This document shows positions 15,401-22,710 of a stretch of 33,090 nt of DNA, in pieces. Source of the stretch: Candidatus Nomurabacteria bacterium (GTDB lineage: Bacteria > Patescibacteriota > Minisyncoccia > Phycocordibacterales > UBA2100); assembly GCA_943359705.1 (NCBI GenBank), contig CALRIB010000002.1:1-33090 (forward strand), in the 5' to 3' direction. The notes beneath the pieces are model-generated. The model was not told where the DNA came from and did no database searches. It saw only the letters and a list, made by a program, of their open reading frames with translations. Position 1 is the first letter of the stretch; the number at the start of each line of letters is the position of its first letter. A program made the translations under genes and the position numbers.

Positions 15401-16213
15401 ATGGCCAAGCAGATACAAAAACAGGACAGCGTGACGCGAACGCTCGCCGTACTCGACCTCAATGAGAATGAGGCAGTGCTCTACGGCCAGATGCTGAGTC
15501 ACCCCCAGAGCACGGTGCAGGAGCTTGGCACGCGCGCCCCCTTCCCTCGCACGATGCTGTACTACGTGCTGAAACAACTCATGCAGCGCGGACTGGTGTC
15601 GGCAAGGAAGGAAGGCTGGCGCACCGTGTATGTGGCCGAAAATCCCGAGCGACTCTACGATCTGCTCTCGCGCAAAGAGAAGGAGTTTGAGCGCGAGACT
15701 GCAGCAATTCGCGAGCTTGTTCCCCATCTCAAGCAACGCTACCGTTTTGCAGGAAAGCGGCCGACGGTACGGACGTTCGAAGGACTGGAGGAATACCAGA
15801 AAGCGCTTGAGGACAGCATCGTGTCGAAGCCGAAAGAAATCCTTGCTTACGAGATGCTCGGCGCGAAGAAGCCCGCCATTCAAATGCGCGATGCACACGA
15901 GCGGCGGCGCGTTACGCGGAAAATACTGAAGAAGGTGCTGTTCTTCGAGAGTAGAGATGCGATGCGAGCCCTCGAGAGCCGTCGCTACGACGACTTCACG
16001 CAATTCCGTAGTATCAAAGACGGACCCGCGCCCTTCGGCGCCGACGTGACGCTCTACGACGGCAAGCTTCTCTATACGAGTTACTACGCCGGGCACGAAC
16101 CGACTGCCGTGCTCATCGAAGACGAGGCACTCTACATGATGCAGAAGAGCCTCTTCGACGCCTTGTGGAAACAAGGAAAAGACCGCACACTCTCGTTCAA
16201 CAAGAACCTATGA
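15401..16213 (+). CDS. TrmB-family transcriptional regulator
   Basis: N-terminal winged HTH (...LNENEAVLYGQMLSHPQSTVQELGTRAPFPRTMLYYVLKQLMQRGLVSARKEGWRTVYVAENPERLYDLL) plus coiled segment and C-terminal domain typical of TrmB proteins. Confidence 0.7.
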   Translation: MAKQIQKQDSVTRTLAVLDLNENEAVLYGQMLSHPQSTVQELGTRAPFPRTMLYYVLKQLMQRGLVSARKEGWRTVYVAENPERLYDLLSRKEKEFERETAAIRELVPHLKQRYRFAGKRPTVRTFEGLEEYQKALEDSIVSKPKEILAYEMLGAKKPAIQMRDAHERRRVTRKILKKVLFFESRDAMRALESRRYDDFTQFRSIKDGPAPFGADVTLYDGKLLYTSYYAGHEPTAVLIEDEALYMMQKSLFDALWKQGKDRTLSFNKNL

Positions 16214-16623
16214 ACATTTTCTTTACCGGCTCCATACGCGGAGGGCGCGAGAACCAGCCGCAATACGCCCGTATCGTCAAAATGCTCGAGAAACACGGTA
16301 CGGTCTTTTCCAAACACGTGGCGGACGAGACGCTCTCACAATATGGTGAGACGAACCTTACGAACGCAGAGATCCTCGCACGCGAGCTGGATGCCCTCAG
16401 TACATCGGACGTAGTCGTGGCAGAAGTCACTACGCCGAGCCACGGTGTCGGGTACTTTATCGCACGCGCCACTCTGCAGGGGAAAAAAGTAGTCGCTCTT
16501 CACTGTGGAGAGTACGAACTCAAACTCTCGGGCATCATCCAGGGCGACCCCGGGGTGGAATTGCATATTTACAAGACCGATGAAGACATCGAGCGCATAC
16601 TCCAAACGGCGTTTCGAACATAA
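16210..16623 (+). CDS. 2'-deoxynucleoside 5'-phosphate N-hydrolase (DNPH1/Rcl-like, nucleoside 2-deoxyribosyltransferase fold)
   Basis: [15 protein letters not shown]... and ...[20 protein letters not shown]... match the DNPH1 signature (GSIRGGRE; catalytic Glu in AEVT). ATG 16210 overlaps the TrmB stop as ATGA. Confidence 0.8.
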   Translation: MNIFFTGSIRGGRENQPQYARIVKMLEKHGTVFSKHVADETLSQYGETNLTNAEILARELDALSTSDVVVAEVTTPSHGVGYFIARATLQGKKVVALHCGEYELKLSGIIQGDPGVELHIYKTDEDIERILQTAFRT

Positions 16624-16700
16624 AAAGCGATATTTCCGGGTTTTTGGGCTATTCACACCTGGCCTTGGCGGGGATGGCGCGCAAGGTACAATTGCTCCAT

Positions 16701-17120
16701 ATGAATACCCGCGAAACCCGAGGTTTTACCCTCATTGAATTACTCGTCGTCATAGCAATTATCGGCCTTCTCGCCTCAATCGTCATCGCCTCGCTCTCTA
16801 CGGTGCAGGCCAAAGCACGTGACGCCAGGCGTATGGAAGACGTCAACTCGCTTCAGAAGGCGCTCACTATCTACGTCTCCAATCACGGCACCTATCCTAT
16901 CTATACGGCGACAACGACCGTCACCGCCACGACGACCGTGGGCGCCGACCTCATCGCAGACCAGGCTATCCCGACGTCACCGAAAGACCCGACCGACCCG
17001 GTGCGCGTGTACAGTTACCACTCGAACTCCGACGGTTCAAGCTATACGCTCAACTTCTGCCTGGAGACTGACAGCATCCGGAGCTACGCGGCGGGCTGCA
17101 ACAACAACATCACTCCGTAA
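16701..17120 (+). CDS. Type IV pilin / prepilin with N-terminal methylation motif
   Basis: MNTRETRG|[24 protein letters not shown] class III signal. TTGGCG-16-TACAAT (TACAAT 16687-16692) 8 nt upstream of ATG 16701. Alternative starts at 16674 and 16644. Confidence 0.85.
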   Translation: MNTRETRGFTLIELLVVIAIIGLLASIVIASLSTVQAKARDARRMEDVNSLQKALTIYVSNHGTYPIYTATTTVTATTTVGADLIADQAIPTSPKDPTDPVRVYSYHSNSDGSSYTLNFCLETDSIRSYAAGCNNNITP

Positions 17121-17145
17121 GTTCGTATATCGGGAGGTCTCCAAA

Positions 17146-17176
17146 GGCCGCCGCGCAGAAGCGCGGCGGCCTTTTT
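17146..17176 (+). terminator. Rho-independent terminator after the pilin gene
   Basis: GGCCGCCGCGC-agaa-GCGCGGCGGCC followed by TTTTT. Confidence 0.8.
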
Positions 17177-17214
17177 CGCGAGCTGCGCGTAAATGCGTAG
17201 TACAATATATTTTC

Positions 17215-17685
17215 ATGCCTTCCTCCTCAAACGGAATACGCTGGACGGCGCACGAACACGAACACATCGAGCGCGGGAGCGACTGGTTTTGGGCACTCGG
17301 TATCGCGGCCGCCGCGCTTGCCGCCATCAGTTTCCTTTTCGGCAACGCGCTTTTCGGCGTGCTCATCATCGTCGCTGCCGTAACGCTCGGCATCTTCGCC
17401 AAAAAACCGCCTCCGCTTATGGAATTCGAGATCTCCGACCGCGGCATCCGCACGGGCGAGGTAATGCATCGCTACGAGGAAATCATTTCCTTTTGGGTAG
17501 AGGAGCACGATGCAAATCCCCCCATTCTTCTTATCGACACCACAAAATGGCTCTCACCCAATCTCATTATCGAGCTCGAACACGTCGACGCGAAAGAGGT
17601 GCGCGCATTTCTGGCCGAGCGAGTAGAAGAAGTGCCGATGAAAGAACCGGTCGCGCACAAAATTCTCGAATTCTTCGGACTCTGA
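17215..17685 (+). CDS. Membrane protein with two TM helices and a bacterial PH-like C-terminal domain (hypothetical)
   Basis: Start set at ATG 17215 (MPSSSNGIRWTAHEHEHIERGSDWFWALGIAAAALAAISFLF...) with TACAAT (17201-17206) 8 nt upstream. The track N-terminal extension (from 16819) is an R/P/T-rich read-through overlapping the pilin gene. Confidence 0.55.
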   Translation: MPSSSNGIRWTAHEHEHIERGSDWFWALGIAAAALAAISFLFGNALFGVLIIVAAVTLGIFAKKPPPLMEFEISDRGIRTGEVMHRYEEIISFWVEEHDANPPILLIDTTKWLSPNLIIELEHVDAKEVRAFLAERVEEVPMKEPVAHKILEFFGL

Positions 17686-17688
17686 AAC

Positions 17689-18087
17689 AGCCACTAGCCA
17701 CTAGTTCTTAGCCACTAGCGAGCCGATGAGTTTATTTAACATACGCATGACCTCATCTATGAGCGTTTTCGCTCTTTTCAACTGATGCGGGTCGGCAAAT
17801 TTTAGGTTTTCAGCGATTTCAAAATGTGTCTCTAACTCCGCCCCCGAACCGAACGCAATCCTCAAGAATTGAATATTTTCCTGCCGATGCTTGCGCGCGA
17901 ATCCTTCCGCAATATTCGCGGGAATTGACACCGCAGCCCTCCGTGTTTGGCTTGTCAGACCAAACATTTCTGAGCGTGGGTATCGTTCTGTGAGTTTATA
18001 AACTTCGCTGACTAATTCGATGCCGCGTTGCCAAACAACAAGTTCTCGGTACGACTGCATTTTTCTAGTCGCTAGTGGCTAGTGGCT
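17689..18087. mobile_element. Cassette: four-helix-bundle gene bracketed by perfect 16-bp inverted repeats
   Basis: AGCCACTAGCCACTAG at 17689-17704 and its exact reverse complement CTAGTGGCTAGTGGCT at 18072-18087. Extra partial copies at 17710-17723 and 18065-18075. Interior is lower in GC than the flanks. Confidence 0.45.
17701..18060 (-). CDS. Four-helix-bundle protein (23S rRNA intervening-sequence protein family)
   Basis: MQSYRELVVWQRGIELVSEVYKLTERYPRSEMFGLTSQTRRAAVSIPANIAEGFARKHRQENIQFLRIAFGSGAELETH... is the family signature. Confidence 0.85.
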   Translation of the reverse strand: MQSYRELVVWQRGIELVSEVYKLTERYPRSEMFGLTSQTRRAAVSIPANIAEGFARKHRQENIQFLRIAFGSGAELETHFEIAENLKFADPHQLKRAKTLIDEVMRMLNKLIGSLVAKN

Positions 18088-20152
18088 AAATCACTGTAAC
18101 CGTGGTGCTTGCGTCGCGGGTACCTCCGCCGACTGTGACACAGTGGAGCACGAACGCATACGAGGTGGTTGCCGTTTTCGTCAGAGGCGGCGTGGTCGCA
18201 GTGCCGTTGACGTTGGTGTTGCCCGCATTTTGCGTGGTGAACGCCGGAATGTCCGGGCTCGAAATCACGCACGATTGCATGCCGGAGGTAATCCAGCCGA
18301 GCGCCGATTGGCCGCCCGATGCGACATCCTTCGGATTCGCGATGAGGACGATGGAGGGCTTGCCGACCTGGACCGAACACTGCGCAGTGGCCACTGTGCC
18401 CGCACTGTTACAGGTGAGGCCGTATGAAGCGCTGTTGCTGCCTGCGGCGGGATTGGTCGTAGTTGCGAGCGCCGAACCGCTTTGCGCGCCGTTCGTTTGA
18501 AAGCCCGTGCCCGTGCTGGTGCCTGCAGAGCACGAGTACGCGATCGCGATAGACATGCCGACGTCGGCCACTTGCGGATTGCATGATATTTGCGCGGTGA
18601 GAGAGCCGTTGGTGCCGGTACCCGTGCCGCTCGGCACGCACTGCCAGCTCCCCACGCACGCGCCGTTGTACGTGGGCTTCCATGTACCGTTGGCACATCC
18701 GGCCGGGTCAGGTTGTGCGGGTGCCGTCGGGCACTGCTGCGCGGTCGCACATGCGTTGCCCGCAGGCGCGCAGCCGGTGGGGCACGTCTGCATCGGCGTA
18801 TCCACGCACTGATTGTTGCGCGAGTAGAGCGTGTTGTTGGAACAGAGGAGCTGTCCACCCGGGCATGTGCCCGGCGCTTGCGGCGTCTGATTCCCCGCCG
18901 CCGGTGAAGCAGACCCTCCTGGCGAGCCACCCATCAGACCCTTCAACATCGATGCGATGTCCGGCATTCCACTCTTGTTCTGATTATTATTGTTGTTATT
19001 GTCCTGCGGATCCTGCTGGAACGTAGTCTGCTGCCGCTTTGTCGGATCCGGCTGCGCAGTGGTCGTCGTTTTGGTCGGATCCGGCTTGGGAGTGGTCGTC
19101 GTTTTGGTTGGATCAGGAGCCGGAGCTTTGGCGGGAGGTGTACATACCTGATTGGGGTCGCCGGCGGATGCGGTGCACGTAAACCCTTTTGCAGTCAGTT
19201 CATCTACGTTCGCGTCCCTGGCCGGATAACATCCAGTTTTGTCACAATTATATTTTGCCGCATCGACGCCTGCCATCGGATTCGCATTCGGCCCGGATTG
19301 TGCCGCTGCCAAAGCGTCATACCTATCTTGCGCCTCTTTTGCAGCGGCCTGCGCCTTTGCGGCGTCGGCCTGAGCTTGTGCTGCATTCGCGGCTGCGTTC
19401 GCACATCCCGGGCTCGATGTGTCGCCACCGAATGCACAGCTCGAAGCAATGTCGTCTAGCTTAGCGGCCGTTGATTGGGCAGTTGCGGCGGCCGTGGCAG
19501 CGTCAACAAGATTCTTTTTTGCTTCGGCCGTCAGCGCGTCATTAAGAACGCTACGCTCTGTCTCACCGAGTGAGCTCATGAGAGACTGTTGCTGATCCGA
19601 GGGTAGGGTTTTAAATACATCAGGGTTCGCCGCGGCGCTTTTTATACCGGCGATACCAGATACCGCGCCCGTGTCGAGGCATTTCTTATCATCGGGGGTG
19701 CAGTACTGTGTTTTGCACGTGCCTGCCGGGACATCGGCGCTAAGCTTCGAAACAACTTTTCCCGTACCGTCTTTTTGTATGTAAATTTTTGACGTCAACC
19801 CCACGCATATCGCGTCTTGCTCTCCGGTATAGAGAGCTGCGGTGCAGTTATCTTTCTGGACCGTATCTTGCCCTTTTGGCAGACCTGTTTCTTGCGGTGT
19901 GGTGCTTTTCTTTTGCGCTAGAGCCTGTTGCTTCAACGCAGTACATTTCTCTGCCATCTCTTTTTTTCGCGGATCCGCAGGGGGAACAGGGATCGTGTAT
20001 GTCGCCTCGTTGTATCTCGGAGCATCTGCAAGCTGCGATGCTGGTTGAACATTAAGGAATTCTGCAGCACCCGCAGCGCCGAGCATTGCCATTAGGACGA
20101 GGCTGGCAAGTATAGATGCGCCACGTTGACCCCGGTCGGCGGGTAAAGACAT
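18086..20152 (-). CDS. Large secreted/anchored Cys-rich protein with low-complexity linker and two C-terminal Ig-like repeats
   Basis: 688 aa. N-terminal hydrophobic anchor (ASILASLVLMAMLGAAGAA), many Cys, PDPTKTTTT repeats, N6 tract, Met/Lys motif MPDIASMLKGLMGG. C-terminal repeats with W-x-[ST]-x-G-x-x-SC pattern. TATCAT (20159-20164) 6 nt upstream of the ATG. Confidence 0.7.
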   Translation of the reverse strand: MSLPADRGQRGASILASLVLMAMLGAAGAAEFLNVQPASQLADAPRYNEATYTIPVPPADPRKKEMAEKCTALKQQALAQKKSTTPQETGLPKGQDTVQKDNCTAALYTGEQDAICVGLTSKIYIQKDGTGKVVSKLSADVPAGTCKTQYCTPDDKKCLDTGAVSGIAGIKSAAANPDVFKTLPSDQQQSLMSSLGETERSVLNDALTAEAKKNLVDAATAAATAQSTAAKLDDIASSCAFGGDTSSPGCANAAANAAQAQADAAKAQAAAKEAQDRYDALAAAQSGPNANPMAGVDAAKYNCDKTGCYPARDANVDELTAKGFTCTASAGDPNQVCTPPAKAPAPDPTKTTTTPKPDPTKTTTTAQPDPTKRQQTTFQQDPQDNNNNNNQNKSGMPDIASMLKGLMGGSPGGSASPAAGNQTPQAPGTCPGGQLLCSNNTLYSRNNQCVDTPMQTCPTGCAPAGNACATAQQCPTAPAQPDPAGCANGTWKPTYNGACVGSWQCVPSGTGTGTNGSLTAQISCNPQVADVGMSIAIAYSCSAGTSTGTGFQTNGAQSGSALATTTNPAAGSNSASYGLTCNSAGTVATAQCSVQVGKPSIVLIANPKDVASGGQSALGWITSGMQSCVISSPDIPAFTTQNAGNTNVNGTATTPPLTKTATTSYAFVLHCVTVGGGTRDASTTVTVI

Positions 20153-20352
20153 CGCTCAATGATACTCCCTTTATTGCGCTGAACGTCGGCTAAATGTGGA
20201 AAAAGCTGGCGAAACGAACGATGCGCTGCATTTGTCTGTGCCCTTCGCCAACTGGGAAACCCACGGTTTTCCCAATCCTTCCTCCACGGGAAACCGGCAG
20301 GTTTCCCGACCCCTTCCTCCGGCGAGGTCATCTCGCTCACTTCGTTCGCTTG

Positions 20353-20424
20353 TGCCCTCGCCGGGAATCGAACCCAGATTACAAGCTCCGCAAGCTTGCG
20401 TTCTATCCGTTGAACTACGAGAGC
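20353..20424 (-). tRNA. tRNA-Arg (anticodon GCG)
   Basis: Acceptor GCTCTCG/CGAGGGC (one G:U), D arm GTTC-AACGGATA-GAAC, anticodon stem CAAGC/GCTTG with loop TTGCGGA, T arm CTGGG-TTCGATT-CCCGG. Confidence 0.8.
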
Positions 20425-20471
20425 GTCTGAGGAACAAACAGAGAATACAACGTATTCCCGTTTTTTACGAA

Positions 20472-20738
20472 TTACTTGGCGAGTGCCGCCACCTGTTTCG
20501 TCAAACGCGATTTCATTCGAGCTGCCGTATTTTTCTTTATTGTTCCGTGCTTCGCGGCTTTGTCGATTGCTTGGTAGAGAGCGGGAAGCATCGCGGCCGC
20601 CTCTGCAGCTTTTTTGCCGACGACGAGTTTCGAAACATCTTTGACGGAATCCTTCATCGCCTTTTTGCGGCGCGAAGTGAACACGCTCTTGCGGCGAGAG
20701 CCGCGCTCTGCCTTTTTTGCTGAACTCGTATTTGCCAT
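20472..20738 (-). CDS. rpsT: 30S ribosomal protein S20
   Basis: Start set at ATG 20738: MANTSSAKKAERGSRRKSVFTSRRKKAMKDSVK...KAAKHGTIKKNTAARMKSRLTKQV. Confidence 0.9.
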   Translation of the reverse strand: MANTSSAKKAERGSRRKSVFTSRRKKAMKDSVKDVSKLVVGKKAAEAAAMLPALYQAIDKAAKHGTIKKNTAARMKSRLTKQVAALAK

Positions 20739-20865
20739 GAGGCCGCATCCTAACGGATGCGAATGCAAAATGCAAACTCCAAAGTCTAAAATGAATCTTT
20801 GCTTCTAGCCCTGTCCGGTTCCCACTTTGGCTTTTGGATTTTGGTTTTTGCATTACTATGACCCT

Positions 20866-21438
20866 ATGATAGGCCGAGTCGAAGGAGAAATAGCCGCCGC
20901 ACGACCGGGATTCGTCATCATTTCAGCAGGCGGAGTCGGGTACAAAATCGCCGCTACACGCGAAACGCTTACGAAATTGAAGGAGGGGGCCCACGCGGCA
21001 CTCTGGACGCACCTCGCCGTACGCGAAGACATCCTCGACTTGTACGGCTTTGGCACCGAGGAAGAACTCCATTTCTTCCAACTACTCCTTACGGTCTCAG
21101 GTATCGGTCCCAAATCCGCGCTCGCCATCCTCGACATTGCGCACGTGGAGACACTCCGCAGCGCCATTTCGGGCGGCAACGCTTCCTACCTCACCAAAGT
21201 CTCCGGCATCGGTAGGAAAACGGCTGAAAAGATAGTGCTTGAATTGCGCGACAAAGTGGGCGCGAGTGCCGAAGGCAGCGAGCGAGCGCTTTCGGGTGAC
21301 GAAGAGGCACTCGAAGCGCTGCGTGCTCTCGGCTACTCGCATGGTGAGGCGCGAGATGCACTCCGCAAAGTTTCCAACGATATCGAGGGCGCGAGTGCGC
21401 GCTTGCGTGAAGCGCTCAAAATCGTGGGCGGCAAATAA
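20866..21438 (+). CDS. ruvA: Holliday junction DNA helicase subunit RuvA
   Basis: Start set at ATG 20866: MIGRVEGEI...GGVGYKI..., two HhH motifs (VSGIGPKSALAIL, VSGIGRKTAEKIVLELRDK), C-terminal domain III. TACTAT 6 nt upstream. Confidence 0.9.
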   Translation: MIGRVEGEIAAARPGFVIISAGGVGYKIAATRETLTKLKEGAHAALWTHLAVREDILDLYGFGTEEELHFFQLLLTVSGIGPKSALAILDIAHVETLRSAISGGNASYLTKVSGIGRKTAEKIVLELRDKVGASAEGSERALSGDEEALEALRALGYSHGEARDALRKVSNDIEGASARLREALKIVGGK

Positions 21439-21443
21439 AACAC

Positions 21444-22703
21444 ATGGCACGAAAATTTATCGAAACAGTCGTGCCCGTTTCCTTTCTCGACTCATTTCGC
21501 CCCGCATACCACCTTTTTCTTGCATGGTTCGGCGCATTCGCGTACGGCGACCCGTCGCGCCGCATGCTGGTCGTCGGCGTGACCGGCACCAAGGGCAAAA
21601 CGAGCGTGACCGAAATGCTGAATGCAATCCTCGAGGAAGCGGGCTACAAAACCGCGCTCATCAATTCCATCCGATTCAAGAACGGCGAGAAAAACGAACG
21701 CAACATGACGCGCATGTCGATGCCGGGACGATTTTTCATACAGAAATTTTTACATGACGCGCTCGCGAGCGGGTGCAACGCGGCCGTCTTGGAAATGACG
21801 TCGGAGGGAGCCAAGCAATCCCGCCATCGCTTTATCGACCTCGACGCGCTCATCTTTACCAACCTCGCACCGGAGCATATTGAGTCGCATGGCTCCTTGC
21901 AGGCGTATGCCGATGCAAAATTCGAAATCGGCAAAGAGCTGGTGCGCTCGCACAAGCGCCCGCGTATCATCGCGGCCAACTCCGACGACCGCGAAAGCAC
22001 GCGCTACCTCACGCTCGCGGTAGAACAATCCCTTCCCTTCTCCCTCGGAGCAACCGCGCCGTACGAAGCGGGTGAGCGCGGCGGATACTTTTCTTTTGAC
22101 GGCATGAAAATCCCCGTGCATCTCGGCGGTGAATTCTCGCTCAAAAACGCGCTTGCTGCCGCAACAGCTGCGCGTGCGCTTGGAGTTAAAACGCCGGTCA
22201 TCGCAAGCGCGCTCGATAGATTGGAAAAAATACCGGGACGTGCGGAGCGTATCGAGGCCGGACAAAGTTTCACCGCTGTAGTTGACTACGCGCACACGCC
22301 GGATTCTCTGAAGGCTATCTACGATGCGTATAAAAATGAGCGAAAAATATGCGTGCTCGGTGCGGCGGGCGGCGGGCGCGATGTGTGGAAGCGCTCCGTG
22401 ATGGGGCGCATCGCGGAAGAATGCTGCGCGCAAATTATTTTGACCAATGAGGACCCCTACGACGAGGACCCGGGCGCGATTCTGCAAGATATCGCCCACG
22501 GCATGTCGAAGCCGCCGGAAATAATTCTCGACAGACGTGCCGCGATACGGCGGGCGCTCGAGTACGCACGCGCGAGCGACGCCGTTATCATCACCGGCAA
22601 AGGCACCGACCCGGCGATCGCGGGCCCCGGCGGCAGCTCAACACCGTGGAGTGACGCAGATGTTACGCGCCAAGAACTTGAAGCGTTGAAGACAAGGGTA
22701 TAA
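21444..22703 (+). CDS. murE: Mur ligase family protein, MurE-like (short N-terminus)
   Basis: P-loop VVGVTGTKGKTSVTEM, central and C-terminal Mur ligase domains (...DYAHTPDSL..., ...VLGAAGGGRD..., ...ILTNEDPYDEDP...). Only about 45 aa precede the P-loop, so substrate assignment is tentative. Confidence 0.65.
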   Translation: MARKFIETVVPVSFLDSFRPAYHLFLAWFGAFAYGDPSRRMLVVGVTGTKGKTSVTEMLNAILEEAGYKTALINSIRFKNGEKNERNMTRMSMPGRFFIQKFLHDALASGCNAAVLEMTSEGAKQSRHRFIDLDALIFTNLAPEHIESHGSLQAYADAKFEIGKELVRSHKRPRIIAANSDDRESTRYLTLAVEQSLPFSLGATAPYEAGERGGYFSFDGMKIPVHLGGEFSLKNALAAATAARALGVKTPVIASALDRLEKIPGRAERIEAGQSFTAVVDYAHTPDSLKAIYDAYKNERKICVLGAAGGGRDVWKRSVMGRIAEECCAQIILTNEDPYDEDPGAILQDIAHGMSKPPEIILDRRAAIRRALEYARASDAVIITGKGTDPAIAGPGGSSTPWSDADVTRQELEALKTRV

Positions 22704-22710
22704 TTCCCGC

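Noticed and set aside
15344-16174. 276-aa minus-strand ORF
   Set aside because: It is a shadow ORF fully antisense to the TrmB-like gene, which has a clear wHTH signature. The translation is rich in His, Leu, Arg, Glu and Val and has no motif or start signal.
16819-17214. N-terminal 132-codon extension of the 17215-17685 ORF
   Set aside because: The extension is an R/P/T/S-rich read-through in an alternate frame of the pilin gene, and it crosses the pilin terminator. ATG 17215 has the TACAAT box at the standard offset.
20092-20853. 253-aa minus-strand ORF
   Set aside because: It spans tRNA-Arg(GCG), the rpsT gene in another frame, and an intergenic hairpin region. The S20 frame and the tRNA account for the sequence.
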